A program made the translations under genes and the position numbers. The notes below the pieces were generated by a model. The model worked only from the letters and a program-made list of their open reading frames with translations, was not told where the DNA came from and ran no database searches. A DNA stretch of 64,000 bases, taken from Massalongia carnosa (taxonomy: Eukaryota). This document shows positions 25,256-38,160 of the stretch, one piece after another. Each line of letters opens with the position of its first letter. The first letter of the stretch is position 1. The stretch spans positions 2,356,001 to 2,420,000 of the forward strand of contig OZ287069.1 of NCBI GenBank assembly GCA_965645245.1, written 5' to 3'.

Positions 25256-26790
25256 CCAAGAGTTATCGGAGAAATCGAAAAGGTTGTTGTTTGAATGATA
25301 ATTTTTAGTTTCAATTCTTGGACAATATAATATGCATGCAAAGAATCTTAAGTAAAGCTGCTTTCATTTCCTCATACATAAACTGATTTTTGCAAATCAA
25401 GATAATCCCCATTTTCGTTCTTTGCATCATTTTTCTATTTGCACCATTCGCCAAAGCTGTTCCTGACCGGCAGACTAAAACCTATATTAAGATTCTCTAT
25501 TATCATATTTGCTTCATCTAATACCTATTATTCTTTGTTTTTTTTTACCTTCCTGAGACCTACCATTTTGGTTTTCATTTACTAATCACCGGATGCTCTC
25601 AACTACTAAACCTGCGACCGGACGCGCTTGATGAAAGGGAATCGCTCACAAGAGTAGGCATTTTGCTTAAAAGACATCAACGCTGGCCACGTTCTTCGCC
25701 TCTGCTGTGTATTGGAGGTTTTAGCTTGGATCGTGTCCTTGTTTTTATTTTGTGTCTATTCACTTCTTTAAGTTACTCTACGGTGGCAAAATGTGTTTTG
25801 ACAAACGCCCGGTATGCTGGAAAACGGAATTCTAGCTGAGTTGTGTCTAATCACTCATTCCCTTGTTCATGTACTATGAAACCACTTGCCACGAATTTTA
25901 TCGTTTGCCACCCGTCGCAACTGGACAGAAGTGCTTTGCGTTGCCAGCCCGCAACTTGTAAGCAGAAATATTTTCAGAACCTCAATCCAAAATGGGACCG
26001 AGGGAGAGTCCAAAATGATAGACTTAGGTGGTGAAATTTAGGATTACGATCTCAAGGGACAACTGCAATTAACAAAGCAAATGCTATGGAAGATTCCATA
26101 GTCGGAGGCTAGCAAAATAAATGATTGCAGTGGATTCAACAGGACCACAAGAAGAACAACTATAACCTACGGTCTTCCAAGCAGATTTGTGGCAAACCAA
26201 TAAAGCTGATCTAGGAGATTGTTGGTGAATGAGCCCAATTAAGATTAGGCAGGTTATGAAGCCTTTTGCAGCTAAGAGTCGCCGCTCGAGCGTGCTATAT
26301 TACAAATTCAAAGTAGATTCCTACTCTGATTCAGAGAAGGTTGAATTCACCAAATATAAGGATATCTTTCAATAAGCCGCAGTTCTGATTTCTCGGCATC
26401 TCACAACCTTTGCTTTTCCGTTTTCAGGCTTTATCTAGCCTATTCTTCACTGCTCTCGTAACTTTCGGTTTTCATTCACAATAACAGGTTAGGTGAGGAC
26501 TTGGAGTCAGCCGGTAGGATGTACAACTAGGGTGAAACTTAGAGAGGTAATTTCCTGAGATTCCATCTTCATTCTTCGCCTTATTTCATTGCATTCACAT
26601 CTCGGTATTCATGCAGTCTTGTTCCATTCACCTTTCGGCTCATGGTCTATAAGATCTTTGCAAGGTCGTTGATACATCAATTCTACTTGAGCAACTAGGA
26701 CAAATTTATATTTTTCTACTCAGCTATTAGAGAGTTTAACTAGATCCATCTTGCCCTATTATATCCCCCAACGCTCGACTATTAAGTATC

Positions 26791-28842
26791 ATGCCCAAAA
26801 TCTCCGGTGAACTAGCGAGAGGAGAAAACGTTTGTGTGGCTGTTGACAATGTTAGCAAGCATAAAGCCAAAAATAAGGATAAAGACTTCAGCCAACGGGA
26901 GGAGTTTGTTCCCCTTTACCCCATAGGGAAACTTAAACTATTTGTCTAAACTATTAATATATCCTACAGGAAGACTTATGAAGACATAACGGTTATTACG
27001 CAAACCATGCCCAACGGAAAGCGGTTTAAGCAAATGACCAGATCTCGAAATTCCTGCAAGGAAGGAAAAGTATTAGTAATGGACAAGAAAAAGACGCCTC
27101 GGCATCAGCCCATAGCATCCGAGGACGAGAGAAATCATCAGCAGGATGTTGAGAGCGAAGACGATTCTCGAACGTCAGGAGAACAAAAACGCCCGCCGCG
27201 TTCCTCTACCAGTGAGTCGTCTTTCGGGAAGCCTCCAGTAGCAGACATCCCCAGCAGGCATAGCTCTGCCCATCATCGAGTCGCACTTGGTAATCTATCG
27301 AGAGGTAGGGACAAAAAAGTCTCCTATCGTCAGAAGGAGCGCTTCAGCGATCCATTGTCAGAGAATAAGAAGCAACACCGCTCTCCTCATAGTTTTAGTT
27401 CTCGCCACAAGAGATTCTGCTACGATAATTCAAATCTTGACAGCAAGCACAAATCTCGCTTCTGTCATGATCACTGCTCTCGAGATGATAACTCGTCAAC
27501 AGAGAATAAGAAGCGCGGTCCATACAATTCTGAGCTTCGACTTACACGCAATGATTCAGCGAGAGATAAAAATAAACACGTTTCCTATAGTCAATGGGAG
27601 TGCTTCAGCAATTTATCGTCGGAGGATGAGAAGCGATATCGCTCTCGTCATAGTCCTTGTTCTCGTCATCAAAGATACTTCGGCGAGGATCCAACTCTCG
27701 ATAGCAAGCATAAACCTTGTGAGAGTCATCATCACTGCTTTCGAGACGATGGTTCGTCAACAGAGGATACGAAGCGCGGCTGTGAGCCTCGACTTACACG
27801 TGAAAAATCAACGCTTAAGAAGAATATAGAGAAAGTAAACGAGAAGCTTTCCAAACTTGATACGCTATTATCGCCCGTTGTGGAGCATTTTCCCTTAGCT
27901 CTTGATACGCTAAATGTGCCCCAGGCGGCTGTTAAAGGACAGAATCTCATCGAGGAGCCACTCCCGCTAGCACCCATGGCCGACGAGAAACAATCAATGA
28001 AGGGAAAAGCCACTAGTGACAAATCAAGCGCACCTACAGCATTGACAAAGAAACCCCTCCAGAACATGCCCGCCTCGCTTACTCTGCCACAACCGGCAAC
28101 AAAAGAACAAAAGCCCATAGAAGAGCCGTCCTCGTTGATACATACAGCCGATGAGAAACGATCGACTGAAAAATGCACATCGAGCCCCCCAAAGATTGCC
28201 GAGAAAGTCGCCATTGGTAAACCAGATGGACCCACAGTATCGTCGACGAAGGAGCAAAACCCCATTCACAACACGCCCACTTTGCCACCGGCGGCTACAA
28301 ACCCACACAATCCCATTAGCCAACCTCCTCCACCAGCATCCACGGTCGACCAGGAACGATCTAATGATAAGAGTGCACTCACATCCACCGTGGATGAGAA
28401 CCCATCTAACGACCAAAGCGCACCCGCACCCGCCCCCCCAACAACCGCTAAGAAAGCTGCCCGTGCTAAACCAACCGCACTTCTAGCCTCCCCGGAAAAA
28501 GACCAACCACCAAACAAAAACACGCCCACTTCAGCTCAGACAGTAGTAGAAGAACAAAATCCCATCAGCGAAGCGTCCTCATTAGCACCCTCAGTCGACG
28601 AGGAACCATCAAAAGGCAAAAATGCACCTGCATCCACATCCCCTCCAACCGCCAAGAAATCCCCCAGCGATAAACCGATCGCACCCTTAGCACGAAAGAA
28701 GCAGACATTACCACCCATCCAGGACCCGCCTATCCCGCCTCCCAGCGCAGAGAAAGCTCAAGGCCCAGCTTCGCCCAACCCACCGGAAAACAAGACCCCC
28801 GCTCTCCCTCCACAACCGCAACCTCAACCTCCCCAAGACTAG
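26791..28842 (+). CDS. hypothetical lineage-specific protein with internal repeats; probable short first exon
   Basis: A 611-codon ORF can be extended in phase by exon 26791-26903 and intron 26904-26969. It contains a duplicated ~80-aa His/Arg/Ser/Cys module and Pro-rich repeats. Confidence 0.65.
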
Positions 28843-29645
28843 CCTCCTGAAGATCCGCCTATACAAACTCCTAGCACTCCCCGCATATTGCCGCTATCAA
28901 CTGCGTTGCCTACCAGCTCTGGGGGCCCGAACGAGGTGTTGCCGGATGGGATTTACGAGGCTAAGTTGTTGGTTTGTTGGATGATTACCCGATACTTATC
29001 TAGGTAGAGCAGGGCTGGAGAGCTTGCTGGATTGATGGGTAGATTCTCGAGCACGTGCTGATAGGCGAGGGCTGAGTGATCGAGGTTTATGTAAGAAGTT
29101 GTGGGGGTTTGGAAGTCTAGCTTGTAGGCTGGGGGATGATCAAGGGGGATTTGGATGGTGATTAACTTTTTTTTTTTTTTTTTGGTGCCCTTGGAATGGG
29201 CTTGTTTGGGTATTCTGCTGTATGTATGTATACATGTACCTACCTATCCCTTTCTATATCTTATGAAGTTAAATGGATGTACTGTAAAAGTAAGCAAAGC
29301 AAGCAAGAAAGAAAATCCCAATCCAATCCAATCCTATTCCATCGCACTTAATCCATCCATCCATCGATTGGCTACGAAAACCGCCCTAGTTACCTACCTC
29401 CGAGAAACGAAACGAAAGTAAGAAAGAAGACAAATTGTCTCGAGACCCAGAAAGGGGAGGACAGAGAGAAAGACAGAGTCAAAATCGCTTCTGACAACAG
29501 CCAAGACGTGACTACCTGATTTGAAACTCAGACAGCAAGAACTGAATATACATTCCTAAGTGATTATTAGTATATCAATTCATTCCTCTTTATCGTCTAT
29601 TCAGGGCCCGTCGAATTGATAAGAAAGTCGCAGGCTTGAAATTTC

Positions 29646-29690
29646 CATTATTAGAACATTATTAGAACATTATTAGAACATTATTAGAAC
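29646..29690. repeat. 11-bp tandem repeat (CATTATTAGAA) x4
   Basis: Read directly from the sequence. Confidence 0.9.
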
Positions 29691-29956
29691 AACCAAATGA
29701 TGATGGATACATGAATCATTCGTCATTTAAAAACGGAACGGGGAAATCCCATGAATGGACGATACGCCGTTGGGAATATTGCCGCCGCCGTCTGTTTCCT
29801 AACATTGGGAAAGAAGAAAACACGGTGGAACGCCAGACACGCAAAGAATGTCGACAGGATCATTCCGTGACACGTCAAAACCATTCGATCCAGACTTTCC
29901 TCCCCTTCCCCTCTTCCCCCGTCCGACCCAAAACTCCCCTTAAAAACCAGCGCCTT

Positions 29957-32596
29957 TCACGCTCCCTCACTCCCTTCATCCTCTTCCTCCAGCAGCGCTG
30001 GCGTCCTCCTCTCCGTCCTCCTTCTTGGTCTCCGCACTCGACTCCTCGAAATATTACTCGCCGAATCATCCGGTGCCAACTCCGACCCTACATCATCGAT
30101 TCCGTCGTCCGTCTCGCTCTCCCACGTGTAACTGCCTTGCGCGGGCGTGCCAAGCCTGGCATCCAGGTTGCCCGATCCTCGCCTCGACTGAGACGCCATA
30201 GACAGGCCGGCGCCACGCTCGCGCAGGGCCCGTCGCACGATTTCCGCTTTGCCATGGAGAGCTTCGAACGCGTCTTCGAGCGCTTCCATGCCGAGGTAGA
30301 TTTCTCGCTCCACTTCCGCTAACACTGCGATCTCGGTTTCTTCATCAAGAGCCACAGGAGCACCAACAGAGGCCGGGGCCGGGGTTTGGTTACGCGAAAA
30401 TGGGGTGGGACCGCGCGAGAAGGGGGCGGAAGGTGTCATGCGGCCCGCGGGGGTAGGGCCGCGCGAGGGAGCTTGAGAGGATGTTGGGAAAGGATTAATG
30501 TGGTCTTCCGCGCCGCTGCGGAGGAAACCGTCGAAGCGGCCGGAAGTCAAGATTTCCCATTCGTGGTCGCTAATGGCGGCTAGGGTGGCAAGAACATTAT
30601 GCAGTTCTGGGTTGGTCAGAAGATAGATGGCAGACTCAGGATCACGAGGGGGGGTTTGTAGGCGGTAAAGTCGTTGAAGAGCAAGGCCTGTCTGTTCTAG
30701 CAAGTTTGACCTTGGAGCTATAAGTGGCGTTGCTACTGTAGATGGAGGCCTGCTTGGAGCTACTCCGACAAGAGACGAGAAAATTAGTCTTTGCTCCGGG
30801 TCGAGGCGAGTGAGCATCGCGAAGGTCAAAGTTTCAACATCGACATCGGGTGGGGCGCTGGTCGGGCTATCGGGCTGGCTTGCAAGCCATTTATCTACAG
30901 ATTGCTTTGTCTTTTTAGATTGTCGAACGTAATGAGCTCGCAACTCCTCAGGTACATCGATGTCCAGGTTTTGCATGGGTGTTTGAGTTTCCATAGTGGT
31001 GATACCGAGGCCACCTTGAGCAGAGTCGATAACGAACGGTGGCCATTGTGGTAACTCCTGTCTGCCGCACACAAACTCCAGGATCTCGCCCCAATTGAAC
31101 CCTTGTGTGTTTTCAAGCTTCTCATCGGTCAAGGGAGTTGACAAACACATGATACATGTACAGGTTTCTGATGATATATCCCGAGCAAAAACGGCCTCGA
31201 GACGGTCGAGCAACCGACGTGCGATTGATCGATAACCTGTCGCGACAGCAAGAGATCCGTTGCGAGCAATCACGTTGGTATAGTCATCCAACAAATTGTT
31301 GAAGGGAGCGAAAAACCTATCGACTTGAGCTGATATAGGTTGAGGTTGCACGGTATGTATTGATTGCCCTGCACCAAGTAAGGTCCTCGGGATACACTGG
31401 ATTAATCCTCCATTCAGCATAAGATAATCAACTCTAGGCATTTGAAATGGCATGGCAGGTGGAGGTGGGGGCGGCGGAGGTGCTGGTGAACTTTCAAATG
31501 GTCCAGGGGTTGCATGATCGTTGTTCACCATGAAAGCTGGGGTTTCCTTTCGACTGGAAAGGAAACCTGGTTCGGAAAGCGTTGGTGTTCTTGGCGAGGA
31601 GTCCGGATCTGTCGTTGGTGATGACCCGCTACCTCTTGGTAGCATAAATGGCTGTAAAAGATGAGGTTGGTTGGGAGCAATTGAGGTTGCATCTGAATCA
31701 ATGGTTGACTCAGTTGTCGTCTCGGTTCCTGTGATGGAAGAGGAAACTATAGATGCGGTTTTTGGGTATGTTGTTGATGAAGCAGCGTCATCAACAGTCA
31801 CCGACTGTGGCTTCAATTTTGATGGTGTCCCTGGCTTAGATGTTCTTTCCGGATATACGTTTTTCGCTTCCTGCTTGGATTCCCGGTGGCTATTTCTAGG
31901 CCTTGGTAATGGTGATTGACGATCTGACTTTCTATCGCTGAGCGTACTTGATTTTCCTTGCAGCCGCCTGGATGTTTCGTCTGCCTTCTTTTGCAAGTCC
32001 GTCCCCTTGCGCTCGGTCCTCACCCCCCGATCTTCCTTGAAAATTTTCGAACTCGATCTCTTTCGGGCCACCTTGATGCTGATTGGACTTGCCTTTTTGG
32101 AGTTGTCTTCCACGGCTGAGGCAGTTTCCGTCTCTTGATCCTCTTGTGCCACCTGTTCCACAGTTGTCAGGGGAGGGCTGGGTGGAGCAGCTCCGGTAGT
32201 ATTTGCTTTCTCGCCATCGTCACTTTCTGCTACAGCCTTGTCAAGATCTGTTGGGTCTGGCGTGAAGCAGCTCATCCTCTTACTCCCAACGTTCTCCCGA
32301 CTCTTTACTGCCTCTTTGCTGTGGGCTTTGGAGAACGGGGGGTATGGTAGGCTCGTCCTACTTCCATAAGGGGAGTTGGATGCGCTTCGTCCTAGTTCTG
32401 GGATGGACATCGACACTGTGCGTTTCACTGGGGGGAGGGTGTGGCTAGATCGGCGCTCTGGGGTTCTGGAGGATTTCTCTGGATCTTTTGACGACGACTT
32501 GCGCGAGGATCGTGACGATCTATGTCGGTGTTTTCCACTAGGTTTTGATGGGTCTGCATCGTAGTCCCGGTCTTTGTCACGGGGTTTAGATGGCAT
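29957..32596 (-). CDS. hypothetical protein (879 aa) with disordered N-half and structured C-half (CxCxxC, coiled coil)
   Basis: Long single-exon ORF with protein-like blocks PRVDYLMLNGGL, LAVATGYRSIARRLLDRLEAVFARDISSETCTCIMC and EVEREIYLGMEALEDAFEALH. Confidence 0.85.
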   Translation of the reverse strand: MPSKPRDKDRDYDADPSKPSGKHRHRSSRSSRKSSSKDPEKSSRTPERRSSHTLPPVKRTVSMSIPELGRSASNSPYGSRTSLPYPPFSKAHSKEAVKSRENVGSKRMSCFTPDPTDLDKAVAESDDGEKANTTGAAPPSPPLTTVEQVAQEDQETETASAVEDNSKKASPISIKVARKRSSSKIFKEDRGVRTERKGTDLQKKADETSRRLQGKSSTLSDRKSDRQSPLPRPRNSHRESKQEAKNVYPERTSKPGTPSKLKPQSVTVDDAASSTTYPKTASIVSSSITGTETTTESTIDSDATSIAPNQPHLLQPFMLPRGSGSSPTTDPDSSPRTPTLSEPGFLSSRKETPAFMVNNDHATPGPFESSPAPPPPPPPPAMPFQMPRVDYLMLNGGLIQCIPRTLLGAGQSIHTVQPQPISAQVDRFFAPFNNLLDDYTNVIARNGSLAVATGYRSIARRLLDRLEAVFARDISSETCTCIMCLSTPLTDEKLENTQGFNWGEILEFVCGRQELPQWPPFVIDSAQGGLGITTMETQTPMQNLDIDVPEELRAHYVRQSKKTKQSVDKWLASQPDSPTSAPPDVDVETLTFAMLTRLDPEQRLIFSSLVGVAPSRPPSTVATPLIAPRSNLLEQTGLALQRLYRLQTPPRDPESAIYLLTNPELHNVLATLAAISDHEWEILTSGRFDGFLRSGAEDHINPFPTSSQAPSRGPTPAGRMTPSAPFSRGPTPFSRNQTPAPASVGAPVALDEETEIAVLAEVEREIYLGMEALEDAFEALHGKAEIVRRALRERGAGLSMASQSRRGSGNLDARLGTPAQGSYTWESETDDGIDDVGSELAPDDSASNISRSRVRRPRRRTERRTPALLEEEDEGSEGA

Positions 32597-34817
32597 GATT
32601 TCCCTTCTAGAGAAATGAGCGTAGTGTTGAACTCAGTAGCTGCGACCAATGATCACCCCATGGCGTCAGTGATGTGTTCGTAGAGTTTTTGGATCAGAAT
32701 CGATGAACTGAATAAGACAAGAGGCATTTCAGGGGAGATGAGAAGCTTAGCATGCTTCGAACTCACGTCAAAACGGCTATCCACCAAGATGCAAAGATAG
32801 CATGGTTAAGGTAGGAAAGTGGAGACTAGGCATGCAACGAGATATTGCCTTCTGCACCAAGACTTCGAAGCATGGGCTCAGTGGATCCAACAAGAACAAG
32901 CTTTATTCCCTTATTGTCAGTAATCGTACGAGCAAAGCACTTATAGCTGTAAAAGCCATTATTGGGGCACAGTGTTTAGGTTGATTGATGAACTGTCTGA
33001 TAAGTGGATCAAGGTTGTGCTAAAGGGACTCGATGGAGGGGATAGTTGAGTGTATGCGATGTGATGCGATGCGTTGGATTTGCAGCTGTCGCTTTCGAAT
33101 GATTCGTCGCGTTCATACGTGACGAGCTTACCTAATTGAAGTCCGGCCATTTGCAACTGCTTATCACGTGATGCGGTCTCGACCTGCTCAGTACCTGAAC
33201 TCGTCATCCAAGAACTGTCAACATCCAGACTTTAAGCCTAGATCGACAAAAACAGTTTACTTGCGATTCACGAGATCAATGGGTGGTCAGTCGTCACGTT
33301 GCTCCTTGATTCTTCTTTACATTGCAGCACTCCTGGGAACATGATTTATAGATGGGTCTCAAATTGCTCAATCCAGGAAGAGGGTATGCTTAGCCTAGAG
33401 TTCTATTATGGCTTTCAAGAAGTCTTGTAGGACATATGTTGTTTCAGACATGATGCAGTAGCTGCCTTCCACGATGGATTCGTGTTTGTTACCTGTCGTA
33501 TTAATGAGCAGCAAATCCCAAAACGAAGCGAAGCTTATGGAGTTAGAGAACTTCAAAACAGTAACAGCCACAAAATACCAGGGCATCTGCACGAAATCAC
33601 CCCTGTCTTGGAGGTAGTTTAACTTGGATTCTCCACAAGCATTCTCTAAGGCCATAAAACGCCGTAGCCTTTCTAGAAGATATTCCTCGCCCAATCACAT
33701 CCAATGATCATTCAAGGCTCCTCTATGTTACCAGTCATGGATCTAATATCCTCGGCAAAGGTCCTAACGAGGAGTTTCAGCGCTCCATAGTGGTAAATAC
33801 TGCTAAGGCCTAGCGAAAAGCAGTCTCTTCTTATTTTAATATTCCTAGTAAACCCAAATCATCTAGACATATCCAAGACGATGATAACCTTGAGTCAGCT
33901 TTACAAGGCACTGCTTCTTGACTATTCGCAACATAGAAAGAAGGTTTTTTTTGGGATTTCACGGAAGTCTTCTGATAACTCTTTTCTGATCTTCGTCCAT
34001 GGTCGCATTCAGACGTTTACAGCCTTCCCTTCGTTCTTTTTTGGTATACGGACTATGTGCTAGCTACTGCTCGAAAATGGAAAGGCTTCTTTGCATGGTT
34101 TGTCCAGATGCCTAGAAATCTCCTACTGAATTTGTCCATAATAGCTTAAGATGGTTCTAGATTTCTGCCTTTCTCCAATCATTAGGGACTTGAATAGCGG
34201 GGAAGCTTCGGATTGAACCGCTGTCTTGGATATGCTGCAGATGATGCGTGTGCTTCTTGCGAGGATTTGCCTGCTCGGTTTCTGTGGAAACGACTCGAGC
34301 AGCTGGCGCGCTGTGCTTGTGTAATCTGTCTTTCTTCAGAGCTATAGTGGACTGATCTGCGAATTGCCCGTGTGGTTCATTTCCGTGGCTGCGGTAAACC
34401 ATCATTCTGAGTTATCAACGTGAGAACGAGAAGAAAGTTGTTAAGGTATGACTTACTGAGGTCGGTTCTTCGCTTGATCTATGATGGAGAGGCGTACGCT
34501 TGGTATTTCCATCATGGAAATAGCATACTTGCGCTTGTTTTGCTAGACAGTTGGTCATTAGAAAACACGGCAGGGATAGATGCAGCAGCGTTGCTCGGTA
34601 GAATAAGTTGAGACTTTGGGAACCAATTTTAGGACTTGTCATATGAAGATAAAGGGCTGGCAAATTTCTCGAGAGAAACTTGATTGATTATATTGTTAAA
34701 GGCTGAGCCATCGTAAAGGTTTATGGGGTTGGAAATCATTGAACTTCTAGAAATACAACCTAGAAAACCTCCTCACAGCTAGGACACATCCCACAAGGAC
34801 AAGGTACATCAGGTGTA

Positions 34818-36142
34818 CAGTCGGGTCTAGGAAGTGACCGAACAGCGCACGTTCCACCCCCATTTTACCCCTCACCCCTAATGATGAAAATCACCCCAAT
34901 CAATCAATTTCCAACTTGATGCTTTGAAACCTACATATTTCGTCAAATACTGTATGCTGAAGAAGATTAAGTTATCAGTATTTAATAGAACCCCCTTTAG
35001 CCTTAATAAGAAAGCGAATACGCTCAGGCATGCTCTCAATGCACCGTCTGAAGTCCTCCTCAGTCAACAGCTCCCATTCCTCCCGAATAGCCTGCTCCAT
35101 GGCCTCAATTGTATGGATTTGGTGACGACGGGCACTGACCCGTATTTTGATAATACGCCAGAGATTCTCAATGGGATTCAAATCGGGTGACTGAGGTGGC
35201 CAATCCATGCGTAAAAGCCCGTTTCGTCTTCCCCAATCAATCACCTTTTTCGAAGTATGATAGCTGGCTCCGTCATCCATCCAGATCGTCAAACCTCGCC
35301 TAGTCAAGCATGCTTCATAAAACGAGAGCCCTAAAGGCCGTAGCACCTCGTCAATGTAGATATCTGAATTCATTCGTCTCCCCTTATTCAAAACGAGCAT
35401 AGGGCCTTTTTCACCCAATCGTATGCTAGCCCAGATGCCCACAGTGCTTCGTCCGCTTTTGAATGTAGGCTTCAGATATCTAGACTCCATGGCCGTGCCT
35501 TTTCGTCTCGTGACGTAGCACGAGCGAGTGTCTAAACCAGTTTCAAACGTAGCTTCATCTGTCCATATAACTCGGCCCCAATCTTCTACCGTCCAATGCT
35601 TATGCTCCTTGCCCCATTTTAGCCTGATTGCTTTGTGACGTGCTGATAGAAACGGCTTTTTTCTAGCCCTGAAACGGAAATAGCCACCGAGCTTCAGATA
35701 TTTTCGTACGGTGACGCGAGAGAGCTTTTGACCCGATTTGGAAGGGGTAGTCAGGGCCAGCAAATTATCGTGTGGATTTTTCTCATCATGGCGAATCAAT
35801 GCCCGTCTGGCACGGACATTTAGCTTGGTTGGCCGACCAGTACGTTTTTTGGGAACGGAAGAGGCGTCGGCTTGTCTCTTAGCTCTATGAACTATGGTGA
35901 CTACGGTGGAACGGGCCAGCCGAACTTAACGGGCTATTTCAGCATAGGATAAGTGGACTTCATGAAGGGCTACAACGATAGCAATGGTTTCAGACGAGTG
36001 TTCACGTCTGGCCGTCTTGGGTTTAGAAGGCATTTCGTTGATCAGATGAAAATTGATGTAGAAAGGGGGGGGTGAAGTAAGGGGGGAATTTAGATGAGGG
36101 GAAATTAAGCGAAGTGTTTGCTGACTTCCTAGACCCGATTTG
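34818..36142 (-). mobile_element. Tc1/mariner DD34E transposon, copy 2 (1325 bp, nonsense mutation)
   Basis: TA TSD at 34816-34817 and 36143-36144. Same TIRs as copy 1. A CAA>TAA change at 35926-35928 truncates the transposase. Confidence 0.97.
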
Positions 36143-38160
36143 TACTCATACCTGGACCGCTTATCAGGTTTTAGTGGGTTCATCAACACGTCTTCTCTTG
36201 GCGTTTTTCATATCCGGACGAGTCAGTGGAGCTTAGGTCAACACTACCTTCCTTCTCTCTTTCCTAAGTTGGACGTCAAATAGCCCCTGAGTCGCTTTTG
36301 CTTCAAGATTCGTCTCATTGTCTTAGTCATTCTAGGAGTATTGAATCTGGTATCTGTGTAGTATTCATACAGGGGATAGTGATTGAAAGGATGATTAAGA
36401 TCATAGTTGTGATCGATGTCGAGAATCAAAAATAATGAAATGAGAAGATAGTAACGAGCCTCAACTTCTTTCCCCTCGCTCCCATAGAATAGCGCTCTTA
36501 GGAAGTATGCGCCTATCATTCAGCTCTCGTTGCGCTTCTGGAAGATGTCCACCGGGCAATTACCAGTCACAAGTTAGGCAATAGTTTGGAGCTCAAAAGA
36601 AGCCCTCTTGGTGTTTGGTGGAGAGGCATCGCCATGACCATATTGTGTCTTTCTATTCATCTTTAGCAGGCCTAATTAGATGTCGAATAACTTTCGCCAA
36701 TCTATGCTCGCACAGGAACCCAAGTCAATAGGACAATTTAGCCTGTCTTCCGGCGTTCTCCCGCCGCCGGCTTTGGGTTAACGCATCGTTGAAACTTTGT
36801 GTGGGCATTGGGGCCGCCAGGTGGCTCTAAGATTTCAGTCAGACAATCTCTTTTAGAGCTTTCTCGCGATTGAAGAATGATGCTCCCTTTAGGTGTGCTG
36901 GGTGGTCTAGTTTAGGCTTGTGGTAGTCGTGGAATAATATGGTCCTTTGATAGTTGACTTTTCCATCTACCTAGGCCAGTGGCTAAGACACCTCGAGATA
37001 TTCCGCGAGGAAGGCTTTTTGACGAAGATAGTTTCTTTCCATCTCCAACTGCTACTCCATTAACACTCAATAAGCCCCCACTCATCAGTTATTAAGGGTG
37101 GCTTCTATTAAAGCAAATTTTTGTGTTCTTTTTTCTGCTGATTTCTGTCCTGGTCTTTGATGAAGCGAGTGTCTATGCCGGTTTTGTCGCAGCGTGAGAC
37201 GAGTTCGGCAGTATAGTGCAAGGCTCTAGAGTCACGCCCCAGCAGGCTATGCTGTTAGTATCTCTTGTAACTAACTGAATCAGATCTCCCGATGCCTGTT
37301 CCAGGCTAGAATTAACGATTCTAGAAAGTGCGGTTCGTATCTCCTATAGCTTCCCTGCCACTTATTACGCATGTCGAATCTGGATGGCTAAATTATCTGG
37401 ATAGCCAACACTCTATAGTTGGCTCGAGGTATTATTATGGGCCGAGTATCAAAGAAGACAGAGATTTATAGTAAACGGGGGATCTAAAGAATGTGTAGGC
37501 TGATGAGCCCATTTGTTCAAGCTAAGGAAAGGCCTGAATTAGGCTAGGTCTAGCATTCGCAAAACGGGAGGTGATGAGGTTGAGAAATGGAATCGAGAAC
37601 GAGAGCAGCTACCGCTCTTGTTTATGACATTTTATATATACACCAACTTCCCTTTTTCACGGAGCGGCCAAGCCCTATCGCCTCATACGTCCAAAACTCT
37701 AAATAAAAAAACTCCTAATGTCTAGCCATGTGAGACTTCTGTAATGAGGCGGCAGCCCAAGATATCAAGAGCGTCATGATATTGGCTCTGATCCTGTGAA
37801 TTCTATCTGATAAATTCATGTAACGTCGATTCGAAGCCGGGGTTGGTCCGGGCATCATGGCGCTGGGTCTTGTCATGGCGAAGGTACTGCCATCGGCTTC
37901 CTTACTCGGTATGATTGGTCCAGTCCCCTCTCCGAAAGAGCGAGTCACACGCCACTATCCTATTGTGAAGCTTGGATTTCCCCCGCGTTGGGAAGGCTAT
38001 ATGACATAAGAGATCTTGCCTGTGATGACCCAACGTGTGCCCGATATGATAGCGTGCTTGCCTGCAGTTTATTGCTCTTTTTAACATGTAGTGGTTCTTC
38101 TTGAACCTTTGTAACAGGAATTGTGTAAGGGCCAATACAGCTGTCGAGCTCCAAATATTT

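Noticed and set aside
37498..37550. Hammerhead ribozyme (CTGATGA...GAAA)
   Set aside because: Stem II cannot close correctly and stems I and III are not supported.
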